From Bdellovibrionales bacterium (GTDB lineage Bacteria; Bdellovibrionota; Bdellovibrionia; Bdellovibrionales; UBA1609), in contig JAWLHR010000025.1 in assembly GCA_041690295.1 (NCBI GenBank), forward strand, positions 1-39,787: 39,787 nt of DNA, given 5' to 3'. The position numbers were made by a program, and so were the translations under genes. Below are positions 18,078-27,427 of the stretch, piece after piece. The stretch's first letter is position 1. Each line of letters begins with the position of its first letter. The notes under the pieces were generated by a model. The model was given only the letters and a program-made list of their open reading frames with translations, was not told where the DNA came from and did no database searches.

Positions 18078-19589
18078 CTATTTCCAGACGGAGAAAGCGA
18101 CCATTTTATCGCGAACCTTTTTGGCCCGGGCTAAAAGCGACGCCGAGGGCTGCTTTTGAGCCTCTTCATAGATCTGCTTAAGCTCGAGCCAATCCTCGAA
18201 AAAGACGTACTTATGCCCATTGGACAGCCTCACCTTTTTCAAAGTATCAAGCCCCCGGACCGGCTGTTTTTTGTTCATGGCCGCCTGCAATTTTTCCTGA
18301 AGAGCCCCGCTGGTTTTCAATAAATCCAGGCGCTCGCTCCAAACCGCGTAGGCATAGAGTTTCCGCACCCGGGCCACATCCTTTTTGTACTGTTTGGTGG
18401 ATGTGCCCAGATTCAGGCGCGCCTCCTTGCGCAGGTCTCCGCTGGTCGCGCGAAAAATCAATTTCCCCTGGGGAACTTTGACTTTGGAGACATCCACCGG
18501 CTGGCGCGGATTGCCGGTGGGTTTCAAACGCACGTAGCGGTAGTACGAAGCGCCCGAGGTCACCTGACCGGGAAGACCAATCACTTGCAAATAAATCGGG
18601 TATTCAGAGGTGCCGTTGGAACGCAGATCTATCAAAGCCTGCGTGTTATTCCGGTTTTGCACCTTCAGCGTCAGCTCCGTCGGCTTGCGACTGACCGGCT
18701 TGGCCGGCGCCTTTGGCGCTTTCGGCTTTTCCACCGGTGGCGGTGGCGCGGGCTCCAGTTCTTCTTCCTCGATGGGTTGAGGTTCGGCTTCCGCCGCTTC
18801 GTAAGTCACGGGACTGGTCGGCTCGGGCGGCATGGTTTCCAAAACACTCGTGGTCGGAACTTCCATCGTGCGATGGCGTTTGATATTGCGGGACAAGACC
18901 AAAGCCACCGCGCCCAACACCACCACCAGAATCAACACGATACCCCAATCGACCCAAGGCAAATTCCGCTTGTTCCGGCGTTTTCCGGATGTGCGAGGCG
19001 GGGGTGTGGGTCTTCGGCGCACCTGAGTGATCTGGGTCACTTCCTTTTCCGGCTCTGAAACTTTGGTCAGATCCGAGGTGCCCGCCTCAGGTGGCGGTGG
19101 CGGTTCATCTTCCAGGGTCGGTCGCTTCAGCTCAACAACATTGCGAAAGAGCTCGTCGATATCCTCAGGAATTTCGTCTTCCGGCTCGGGCGCCCTCAGC
19201 CGCGGATTGAATTCTTCCAATAGTCCGATCCGTCGCCATTCGGAAAAACCGCTCCGCCAGACATAATCGGTGTAAGAAATTTTTCCGGCCATCAATGATT
19301 CGCGGATTTCCTCAAAGGAATATGGACCCGTGGTCGTGAAATCGAAACCTTCGGGGCTTTTGCGCTGCAAGCAGACCCATGGTCGCTCTTTCAACGCGTT
19401 TTGCGAGAGTCCTTTGAAATCATCTTTAAGTTCAGAATGCTCCAAGGCCATGCGCCAATTGGCTTCGCCTTCTTTGAGAATCAAATCAAAAAGCCGGATT
19501 TTACCGCTCTTAATCCGCTCGCGCAGGTCATCGGCCGTCACCGGCCCCATCGCGCGTCCGTCTTCCTGATAAAAAAACCAATCACTCAT
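18078..19589 (-). CDS. Tandem GYF_2 (DUF4339) bitopic membrane protein
   Basis: WFFY..GPVT..L..G.I..LILKEGEANW and TGPYS..I..GKI..YVWRSGFSEW repeats; Pro-rich linker; TM WGIVLILVVVLGAVALVL; extracytoplasmic C-domain. Confidence 0.85.
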   Translation of the reverse strand: MSDWFFYQEDGRAMGPVTADDLRERIKSGKIRLFDLILKEGEANWRMALEHSELKDDFKGLSQNALKERPWVCLQRKSPEGFDFTTTGPYSFEEIRESLMAGKISYTDYVWRSGFSEWRRIGLLEEFNPRLRAPEPEDEIPEDIDELFRNVVELKRPTLEDEPPPPPEAGTSDLTKVSEPEKEVTQITQVRRRPTPPPRTSGKRRNKRNLPWVDWGIVLILVVVLGAVALVLSRNIKRHRTMEVPTTSVLETMPPEPTSPVTYEAAEAEPQPIEEEELEPAPPPPVEKPKAPKAPAKPVSRKPTELTLKVQNRNNTQALIDLRSNGTSEYPIYLQVIGLPGQVTSGASYYRYVRLKPTGNPRQPVDVSKVKVPQGKLIFRATSGDLRKEARLNLGTSTKQYKKDVARVRKLYAYAVWSERLDLLKTSGALQEKLQAAMNKKQPVRGLDTLKKVRLSNGHKYVFFEDWLELKQIYEEAQKQPSASLLARAKKVRDKMVAFSVWK

Positions 19590-21157
19590 GACTTCCGCCT
19601 GACCTCAAGTTCTCGAATCCACTCACGATAGAAATTCGCGAATCCCTCGCTTTCCACGTCCGCCATCAGGGCTTCGTGCAATCGCTTCAAGCTGATCCGG
19701 CGGGCGCGCACACCCTCGTACATGCGTTCACCGAGAAGATTACCCACCATCCGCGACGCCTCAATCCACGCCCCGGAGTCGCGCACTTTCAGGCGGCTTT
19801 TGCGAATCCGTCCGGTTTGCAGCCACACCACTTCCGAAAGACGCTGATCCAACGCGATCAGCAAGGCCGCCCGCCCCTTATCCTTGGGATGCGAGGCTTG
19901 CAACCGTAATCGCATGGACTCCCAGGATTCCGCTTTCCGCTTGGGATTGATCCATTTGCTGAAGAAAAACCCCATCGCCTCCGTCCACACCAAAGGGATA
20001 AAGTCCCGAGGTAAGTCCCAAAGGGTCCGTTTGCGCGAAGACAACTGCCCGTGAATGAAATAACCGGCCAAGGCCGAGGCGTGATTGATCGTCGGCCGGG
20101 AAAGATAAAGCCAGTCTTTCTCGGGCAGAAAAAAACTTAAATCATGTTCCAAATGGTAAGTGAGAATCCGGTTAAATCGGCGGGGCAAAGTGAGCTTCAC
20201 CCGCGACAAACTGGTTTTTGAGTCGGGACAATAAACCTGAATCCGGGAACGGGAAACATTCAATTTCATGTCTTCCGCGATCCACTCAACCAACGAGGCC
20301 ACATGATCGGAGTAATCAATGGCCCTGATCTCCCCCAGTTCATGGTCGTAAACCTGCTCCAAATACATCAGGTAACTTTGCCATTTCATCCAAGGCGGAG
20401 AGACCATCACGCAAAAGCGGTTTCCCCCGCCCTTCATGTACTCCACCGATCCCTCTTTGCGGGATCGGGCCAAGCGAAAATAAAGGGACTCGATGTCTTG
20501 AAACAGAACCAATAAATCCTCGGGCGATTTAAACCGGCGGCGAAGCTGTCCCGGCAAGTGTTGGCGGGCCAAATGCCATTCACCCACGATCACGTAGGTG
20601 AGCGCTTCCGGATCCTCATCTTGAATGCGCTCGATCTCCCTCGCCATCTCCCGATCCCGGCGTTTAAGCGAGTCACCGCCTCCAGAGTTCAAGCCGTAAA
20701 CGGAATATCCCCGATAGCGCGCAAGCGCCATCAACGGGCGATAATGCTCAAAGGGAAATCCCCAGATGCGATCCCAGCCGATGGCTTTCAAAAACCGGGT
20801 TTCGCTCATTTTGCCGTTCAAGTAAGCACGAATCTCCCGGTCACGGCTTTTCGGCAGACATTCCATCACCAGGTTCACCCGGCGATCCGGCACGAAATCC
20901 CGCAAGATCCGATAATGCGCCCTTTGGGATTGAGAGTAGGCGTGAAAATCACCGCTTAAAACGATCTTCGCCCGGCGTAATGCCTTGGCCAACTCCCCAT
21001 GGCGACTGGGCTTCCAGGGCCCGCGAAACTCATTATCGAGATTTTTTGCATATTGTCGAAGCGCCCAAGGGGGCCGACCGACACGAAGCTCAACCTGTGT
21101 TTTCACCTGTTCAAGAAGATTCTTTCGTGTGCGAAGCCATTCTTGCGGATTAATCAT
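19586..21157 (-). CDS. ChaN/TraB/EreA-superfamily domain protein with C-terminal extension
   Basis: IVLSGDFH, LVMECL, WGFPFEHYRPL, RRDREMA and VIVGEWHL are ChaN-like; no lipobox seen. Confidence 0.72.
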   Translation of the reverse strand: MINPQEWLRTRKNLLEQVKTQVELRVGRPPWALRQYAKNLDNEFRGPWKPSRHGELAKALRRAKIVLSGDFHAYSQSQRAHYRILRDFVPDRRVNLVMECLPKSRDREIRAYLNGKMSETRFLKAIGWDRIWGFPFEHYRPLMALARYRGYSVYGLNSGGGDSLKRRDREMAREIERIQDEDPEALTYVIVGEWHLARQHLPGQLRRRFKSPEDLLVLFQDIESLYFRLARSRKEGSVEYMKGGGNRFCVMVSPPWMKWQSYLMYLEQVYDHELGEIRAIDYSDHVASLVEWIAEDMKLNVSRSRIQVYCPDSKTSLSRVKLTLPRRFNRILTYHLEHDLSFFLPEKDWLYLSRPTINHASALAGYFIHGQLSSRKRTLWDLPRDFIPLVWTEAMGFFFSKWINPKRKAESWESMRLRLQASHPKDKGRAALLIALDQRLSEVVWLQTGRIRKSRLKVRDSGAWIEASRMVGNLLGERMYEGVRARRISLKRLHEALMADVESEGFANFYREWIRELEVRRKS

Positions 21158-21236
21158 TCTGAGTCTTCAAGCGTGACAAAGGCGCGCACTGAAATCAAGC
21201 ATTGCCTCGGCCCCTGAAAACCGCTCTAATAGGACC

Positions 21237-22430
21237 ATGAAATCCAGAATTCAAATCGCGTTGATGGGTTGTGTTCTATCGATCATCGCCCACCTTTACC
21301 TCGCATTAAACTATTATCCTTTGAAGGTCGGGTTCGCGGCGGCGCAATCCTTCTGTAACATCAACTCCAAATTCGACTGCGACGCGGTTTCGGCCTCCGC
21401 GTATTCGGCGGTATTCGGTGTGCCGCTGGCGATTTGGGGAACCGTCACCAACGCGGTTCTTTTTGTGCTGATTTTACTAAGCTGGCTGGAGTGGACGGAA
21501 AATCCGGAGCGCTTGCGCCGATGGACATTGGCTTTGGCGGGATTGAGCGCCCTGGCTTCGGTGGTGATGGCGTCCATTTCCGTTTTGTTCATGTCCACCT
21601 ATTGCATCATTTGTATCGGCCTTTATGTCTTAAGCTTCATCATCTTTTTCGCTTACGCCAAAGTTCCCCGGGAACCGTTTTGGTCCAATATCCGCCAGGA
21701 CTTTCCCCATCTTTGGACGGAAAACCGCGGGATCGCCCTTTCGATCCTTTCCGTTCCGTTGCTCGCTTTCCTGCTCCACCAGATTTTCATGCAGAATCTG
21801 GGCATCGCCCAACTGGGCCGCATGATTCAGGAATCGGTTCAGGATTGGGCGAGCGCGCCGAAGTTTGATTTTGTCGCCAAACCCGCGCTGATCAAAGGCC
21901 CGAGTCAAGACGCCGCGGCCTTGACCTTGGTGGAATTCGCTGATTTTCGCTGCGGTCATTGCCGTCGCGCCAGCCACTCCTTACAGGCGTTCGTGAAAGC
22001 TCATCCCGATGTAAGACTTGAGTTTTACAACTTCCCGCTCGATGGCGCTTGTAACGATAAGATCGAAGGCGCCAGTGGCATCTCTTGTCGTCTGGCCGCC
22101 ACGGTTTATTGCGCCGAACAGGAAGGGCGTGGATGGGACACCCACGATGCGATTTTCGCGATCCAGGATGAAATCAACGAGCTCTCGAATCTTCAAGAAG
22201 TGGACATGTTGCTGTCGAAAACCGTGGCCACATTGGGCATGAACTGGGAATCGCTCAGAACTTGCATCGACGACGGGGCGACCATTGACGCGATCAAAGC
22301 GCAAGCCAAACAAGGCGCGCTGGTGAATGTCCGAGGCACGCCGACTCTTTTCGCCAATGGACGACAGATTCCCCGAGTGCTTGTTCCTGTGCTTCAGGAA
22401 GCTCGCCGAATCGCTATAGAATCGCGTTGA
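21237..22430 (+). CDS. VKOR - DsbA/thioredoxin fusion protein
   Basis: VKOR loop cysteines (FCNINSKFDC), SAYS, TM CIIC motif; C-terminal EFADFRCGHC and cis-Pro loop GTPT. Confidence 0.92.
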   Translation: MKSRIQIALMGCVLSIIAHLYLALNYYPLKVGFAAAQSFCNINSKFDCDAVSASAYSAVFGVPLAIWGTVTNAVLFVLILLSWLEWTENPERLRRWTLALAGLSALASVVMASISVLFMSTYCIICIGLYVLSFIIFFAYAKVPREPFWSNIRQDFPHLWTENRGIALSILSVPLLAFLLHQIFMQNLGIAQLGRMIQESVQDWASAPKFDFVAKPALIKGPSQDAAALTLVEFADFRCGHCRRASHSLQAFVKAHPDVRLEFYNFPLDGACNDKIEGASGISCRLAATVYCAEQEGRGWDTHDAIFAIQDEINELSNLQEVDMLLSKTVATLGMNWESLRTCIDDGATIDAIKAQAKQGALVNVRGTPTLFANGRQIPRVLVPVLQEARRIAIESR

Positions 22431-23001
22431 TGAGCCAGGTGCTGGCTTCATCCAGCTGTAAATTGACCATGTAAACCAGCGAAGAAAGCAGGCCGGAATT
22501 CAAATCCGCGATGAAAATCGCCAGAACCACGGCCGCCACCGCCAAGCAAGCCGCTTGCAAAACCCAAACGGTTGAGCGCACATCGGTTAACTTGTGATCG
22601 CGCTCAACTTTTTCAATATGCTTCAGGTATTGCTTTAACTCTTCAAAGTGCTCGAGAACCTTTTCGTGGATTTCCTGTTGTTTGGATAAAGAGAGCGTGG
22701 CCAAGCCGGGAAAATTTCGTTTAGTGTGAATGGCCTGAATCAGGTCCAAGCAGTGTTGAACATAGCGCTCCACCCGCGCCTGAAAGGCCGGAAACTCGGA
22801 CTTCTCATTCACATACGCACTCAACTTATCCTTGGCCTCATCGTAGTTTTCCGCCACCACAGTGGACAAAACGCTCCGACGGAGCATGTCTCGTCCTGAA
22901 CCACCGTCCACCTTTTGCGATTCTTTCAACTTCCGAGTCAGGTCCTCCTGCATCTCGGAGATGTGCGCATGTTCTACGACTGAAAGTGACTTCGCTTCCA
23001 T
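22414..23001 (-). CDS. Hypothetical helical protein with C-terminal TM segment
   Basis: Likely start ATG 23001 (MEAKS); a longer start would leave no room for the divergent gene's promoter and SD. Hydrophobic segment near the C-terminus. Confidence 0.75.
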   Translation of the reverse strand: MEAKSLSVVEHAHISEMQEDLTRKLKESQKVDGGSGRDMLRRSVLSTVVAENYDEAKDKLSAYVNEKSEFPAFQARVERYVQHCLDLIQAIHTKRNFPGLATLSLSKQQEIHEKVLEHFEELKQYLKHIEKVERDHKLTDVRSTVWVLQAACLAVAAVVLAIFIADLNSGLLSSLVYMVNLQLDEASTWLINAIL

Positions 23002-23084
23002 TACTCGACCTTTCGGCGGAATTGACTTAAGTCTAGAGGGATTATGCATAGCGCTACAGACGGATCGCCTCATTTCCCTATTTT

Positions 23085-23114
23085 TTGACAGGGCGAGTCT
23101 CTTGTTGAGACACT
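23085..23114 (+). promoter_or_regulatory. Candidate sigma70 promoter for the coiled-coil gene
   Basis: TTGACA (23085-23090), 18 bp, TGnGACACT (-10 at 23109-23114); SD AGAGGAG downstream. Confidence 0.4.
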
Positions 23115-23155
23115 GGATGTAGGCCACGGTCGGCCTGATTTTAGAGGAGTCCACG

Positions 23156-24295
23156 ATGGAAAAAGGATCTTTCCAGCCTTCTCGCCCGCCTGTACACGCG
23201 AGTCAAATCGACGAAAAAGTGAAATCCATTCCCATACCGACCCAGCTGCCGAAAAGTCTCGACATTTCCGACATTCCTCCAGCGGCGTTACGATCCGCCA
23301 CGATTGAAACTTTGATCAGCCAAAACGAAGATCTCATGGCCCGTCTTTCCGTGGCGCTCAGAAAAACCAATGACTTGGAACAAAAAGTTGCGGACTTGGA
23401 AGAAGAACGAAAAAGCCTGCGTTCGCGCTTCGAAACTCTGAAAGATCAATTCCTCGTCTTGAAAGAGAAAGACCGCAGCGCCACCCAACGCGTGCTCGAG
23501 CAGCACGATGAAAACATCAATCTCAAGCACCAGGCGCATAAACTTGAACATCTTTACAAAGATCTTTACCAACAAGCGGAAGGACTAAAAAACCGCGTGG
23601 CCCGGTTGGAACGTTATCGGGCGCGTTTGAAAAAAGCCCTGCCGCCGATTCATGCGCGAGCCAAAGCCGCCAACCGGCTGGAAAGAGAAATCGTCACGAT
23701 CAAGACGGATCTTTCCATCAAGCACATGCAGTCGATCAACGGCTATGAAGCCAAGCTCAATGAGGCGCGCGCGGAAATCGAGAATCTCAAACCCAAAGCG
23801 CTTGAGCGCGATAAGATTTATGAAGAACTGATGCAGGTTCAAAATGACGCCATTTTTAACGAGCGGCAATTTGAACAAATTCGCCGGGAGCTGACGGAAT
23901 CCGTTGAACAACTACAGAGTGAGAACGCCAGTCTTCGCACCGAAATCAAAGAACTTCTGGTGGATCGGGAATCCAAGATTCAGGAGCTGACCCGCCTCAA
24001 CAATGAAGTTCCTCATTTGCAATCACGCAATCAAGCTCTGGTGGAGCAGGTGGAATCCCTGCAAGCCTTATGGAATCACAAGGAACAGGAGTACCAACAG
24101 CTGGCCCAGAAAAATCAGGCGCTCCAGAAACTCAATCAATCGCTGAGCGTCAGCATGAACCAGCAGCGCAAGGAACTCCATGCGCTAAAAACCGAGCTGG
24201 ATAAAGAGAAAATCACGGCTCAGGAAAAAATCAAAACCTTGCTCGCGGAAATTCAGATGTTACGGGGCCAAGCGTCCCCTGAACCGAAACTCTGA
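23156..24295 (+). CDS. Coiled-coil protein
   Basis: SD AGAGGAG; Pro-rich head followed by about 320 aa of heptad-rich sequence. Confidence 0.85.
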   Translation: MEKGSFQPSRPPVHASQIDEKVKSIPIPTQLPKSLDISDIPPAALRSATIETLISQNEDLMARLSVALRKTNDLEQKVADLEEERKSLRSRFETLKDQFLVLKEKDRSATQRVLEQHDENINLKHQAHKLEHLYKDLYQQAEGLKNRVARLERYRARLKKALPPIHARAKAANRLEREIVTIKTDLSIKHMQSINGYEAKLNEARAEIENLKPKALERDKIYEELMQVQNDAIFNERQFEQIRRELTESVEQLQSENASLRTEIKELLVDRESKIQELTRLNNEVPHLQSRNQALVEQVESLQALWNHKEQEYQQLAQKNQALQKLNQSLSVSMNQQRKELHALKTELDKEKITAQEKIKTLLAEIQMLRGQASPEPKL

Positions 24296-24609
24296 ATGGC
24301 CTTTTCCCGAGATTCATAGAACTCATGGCCCGCGAGACCGCTGGCTTCAAAGAGCCGCCGGAATTCGGGCCCGACGCCGCAGAACCGGACACCCGCCGAT
24401 GACTGACGGTTCATGGAATCCAAAGTTTCAACGAAATCTTTGAGCCCCACCGATCCGACGAAATTCAAATGATTTAAATCAAACACCACGCGCTCGCGGG
24501 CGAGCCTTTGCAAACAGGTGCGGCGAAACGGCTCAGCCGATTCAAAATCCAAACGTCCCTTAAGCTCCACGACGACGACGTCTCCACAAACGGCGAACTT
24601 GGCCTCCAT
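24253..24609 (-). CDS. STAS domain protein (anti-sigma factor antagonist)
   Basis: VVELKGRLD, VVFDLNHLNFVGSVGL (phosphorylatable Ser position), RRLFEASGL; SD GAAGGGAG before ATG 24609. Confidence 0.9.
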   Translation of the reverse strand: MEAKFAVCGDVVVVELKGRLDFESAEPFRRTCLQRLARERVVFDLNHLNFVGSVGLKDFVETLDSMNRQSSAGVRFCGVGPEFRRLFEASGLAGHEFYESREKAIQSFGSGDAWPRNI

Positions 24610-24742
24610 GCGATCTCCCTTCAATCGATTTCATTGTACGTCATGGGCGTTGTTTTGAGCACTGGGCCAACAGTCGAGAGTTGTATAGGCCAGCAAAGTT
24701 GCCTTATCCTAAGTATGGACTCGCAACCAGGAAGATTTCAGC

Positions 24743-27427
24743 ATGGCGAAAAAGTGGCTTGGCCTTTTGATCAGTCCAATGGCCATCGGCTTTTACATCA
24801 CCGCGATCACCGTCTATTTCACGATTTCCTTTTACAGCGGTCTTCATGGCGACTCAGGATTCACCAGCGTTTTGATGACCGCGCACCAAAAGTCCATCGA
24901 TTACCGGCTCCGCTTGCGCGGACCCCGGCCGGTTTCACCGAACGTGGCGCTGATCGCGGCTGATGAACGCGCGGTTGCGACTTTGGGCCGGTGGCCTTGG
25001 CCACGAAGTATTATCGCCAAAGGAATTGAAAATGCCATGCAGTACGGCGCCAAGGTGGTGGCATTCGATATCAGCTTCGCCGAGCCGATGATTAATCCCG
25101 CCGATGAAGTGCTCCATGCGGCCAAGCAATCGGCGGTTTTGTCCGACCCCTTGGTGAAAGTCATCTCAGAACTCTCGCCCCGTCTCGACCAGGATCATAT
25201 TCTCGGCGAAGTTTTCGCCAAGTATTCAGACCGAATCGTTGCGGGCGCGTTCACCACTGAAACCATCGCGCAACCTGAATGGGAAGGTGAACTCGATTTC
25301 TGTTTGGATTTGATCTACAAAATGTCTCCCGAGGCGGCGCAATGGGATAAAGAAGAAGTTCTGGTGGCGCCCGCTGATCCGTATCTACCCTATATTCCGC
25401 AAGCGCTGCTCGACTTGTTCAAGGACGTCCTGGTTATAAAAGAAAAAGAATTGCGGGCCCGCTTGGGTGAGCCGAAATCACGGCGCGAAGAGGTCCTCAT
25501 CAACTCACGCGTCACCGCCGATTTGCGCGAAACCTGCGCCACGATCTTGACGGATTTTCGTGACGAGTTGAACTCCCAGTGGAATGAGGTCGTTGTAAAA
25601 AACGAGGACCCGGCCCATTTCAATTTCGCCTCCTATGATGAATGGCTTGAGGACTTCAGATCACGCTCACCGCGCAATGCCGTGATGTACGCCTATAGCT
25701 GGAATCTCGATAATGCGACGGTCTCCAAAGGCACGAAACACACCGGCTTCTTTAATACTGAACAAGATCCCGACGGTACCATTCGCGGAAAAGTTCTCCT
25801 CATGCGCAGCGGACATTCTTATTTTCCCGCGCTTTCGCTGAAGGCCGCCTTGGTCGCCAACGACTGGAACGTGTCTCCTCGTCTTGATTTCAATCCGGCC
25901 ACGGGCCGCAAAGAAATCGTCAAAATGGAAGTGACCAGCAACGAAACGGGCGAGCCGGTTTTTGATATTCCCGTGGACGGTCACGCCAAACTCATGCTCA
26001 ATTACGCTGGTCCGCAAAAAATGTTTCCTTATCTCAGCTTCGCGGATCTGGTGAACGATTCACCCACGGCGCTCATCGAACAAAGAGTCTGGGATCCCCA
26101 AACGAAATCCTGGCAAGTGAAGCAACTCGAAGTGCAAAAGGCGGAATTCATAAAAGACAAGATATTCGTGGCCGGCGCGACGGCCATGGGGATTTATGAT
26201 TTGCGCGTGACCCCGTTTGAAGAAAATTTTCCGGGAGCGGAAACCCATCTGAACGCCATCGATAACATTCTCACCCGAAACTTCTTAAAAACTCTTCCCA
26301 ATGAGCGCACGCAAATGCCGCTGGCGCTGGCGGCCATCGGATTTTTACTGAGCATTGCTTTGACCTACCTGGGCGCGCTCTGGGGACTCATCCTGACCTT
26401 GACGTCGCTTTTCGGCGTGATCTTCATGGACCAGCATTTCTTATTTAACAAAGGAACGGTGGTCTCGGTCGTCTGGCCGGTGTTTCTGATCGCCTTTCTT
26501 TATATCGCCCTGACCTTTTACCGGTATTTGACCGAAGAGCGTGGCAAAAAAGAGCTGCGCCAAACCTTCCAGAAGTATGTTTCCCCGGCCATCGTCGAAG
26601 AAATTTTGGCTTCGCCGGAAAATATCGAGCTCGGCGGTAAGAAAGTTCATCTCACCGTTTTCTTTTCCGACGTTCGTGGATTCACGACCATTTCTGAGAA
26701 ACTTGACCCGCGCGCGCTTTCGGATTTGTTGAACAGTTATCTGACCCCGATGACCGATCTGGTGTTTAAAAATCGTGGAACGCTCGATAAGTACATGGGG
26801 GATGCCATCATGGCCTTCTTCGGAGCGCCGGTCACATTCCCCGACCATGCCAAGTACGCCTGCCGCTGCGCTTTATTAAGCGTGAAAAAGCTTTTTGAAT
26901 TGCAGAAAGAATGGGCGAAGCAAGGCCTGCCCGAAATCGATCTCGGGATCGGCCTTAACACCGGCGAAGTCAGCGTGGGTAACATGGGTTCACAAACCGT
27001 GCGCAATTACACGGTCATGGGTGATGCCGTGAACCTCGCCTCCCGTTTGGAGGGCATTAATAAAACTTACGGCACCCGGATAATTCTCAGCGAAATGACT
27101 TACAACGAGGCCAAGGATAACTTTGTTTGTCGTGAAGTCGACTGGGTCCGCGTCAAAGGAAAAGTGCAGCCGGTGAAAATCTACGAGTTGCTCGCCGAAG
27201 AAAAAGTGACCGACGCCAAAATGGCGGAAATGTTGAAATGGTTCGGCGAGGGCTACGCCCATTACCATGAGCGCAGCTGGCAAAAAGGGCTCGATTCTTT
27301 TTCCAAGGCGTTGAATCTCGTACCGACGGATAGCGTTTCAAAACTGTATGTGCAACGATGCCAGGATTATTTACTGGAACCGCCGGATGACAACTGGGAT
27401 GGCGTTTTCGTGATGAAGACCAAATGA
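24743..27427 (+). CDS. CHASE2-domain class III adenylate cyclase with C-terminal TPR-like region
   Basis: CHASE2 motifs GRWPWPR, DPDGTIR, PGAETH; three TMs; cyclase motifs FSDVRGFT, DKYMGDA, YTVMGDAVNLASRLEG, RVKGK. Confidence 0.95.
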   Translation: MAKKWLGLLISPMAIGFYITAITVYFTISFYSGLHGDSGFTSVLMTAHQKSIDYRLRLRGPRPVSPNVALIAADERAVATLGRWPWPRSIIAKGIENAMQYGAKVVAFDISFAEPMINPADEVLHAAKQSAVLSDPLVKVISELSPRLDQDHILGEVFAKYSDRIVAGAFTTETIAQPEWEGELDFCLDLIYKMSPEAAQWDKEEVLVAPADPYLPYIPQALLDLFKDVLVIKEKELRARLGEPKSRREEVLINSRVTADLRETCATILTDFRDELNSQWNEVVVKNEDPAHFNFASYDEWLEDFRSRSPRNAVMYAYSWNLDNATVSKGTKHTGFFNTEQDPDGTIRGKVLLMRSGHSYFPALSLKAALVANDWNVSPRLDFNPATGRKEIVKMEVTSNETGEPVFDIPVDGHAKLMLNYAGPQKMFPYLSFADLVNDSPTALIEQRVWDPQTKSWQVKQLEVQKAEFIKDKIFVAGATAMGIYDLRVTPFEENFPGAETHLNAIDNILTRNFLKTLPNERTQMPLALAAIGFLLSIALTYLGALWGLILTLTSLFGVIFMDQHFLFNKGTVVSVVWPVFLIAFLYIALTFYRYLTEERGKKELRQTFQKYVSPAIVEEILASPENIELGGKKVHLTVFFSDVRGFTTISEKLDPRALSDLLNSYLTPMTDLVFKNRGTLDKYMGDAIMAFFGAPVTFPDHAKYACRCALLSVKKLFELQKEWAKQGLPEIDLGIGLNTGEVSVGNMGSQTVRNYTVMGDAVNLASRLEGINKTYGTRIILSEMTYNEAKDNFVCREVDWVRVKGKVQPVKIYELLAEEKVTDAKMAEMLKWFGEGYAHYHERSWQKGLDSFSKALNLVPTDSVSKLYVQRCQDYLLEPPDDNWDGVFVMKTK

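Noticed and set aside
23002..23154. N-terminal extension of the 22414 ORF to GTG 23154
   Set aside because: It would cover the divergent gene's SD and promoter; a sigma28-like box precedes ATG 23001.
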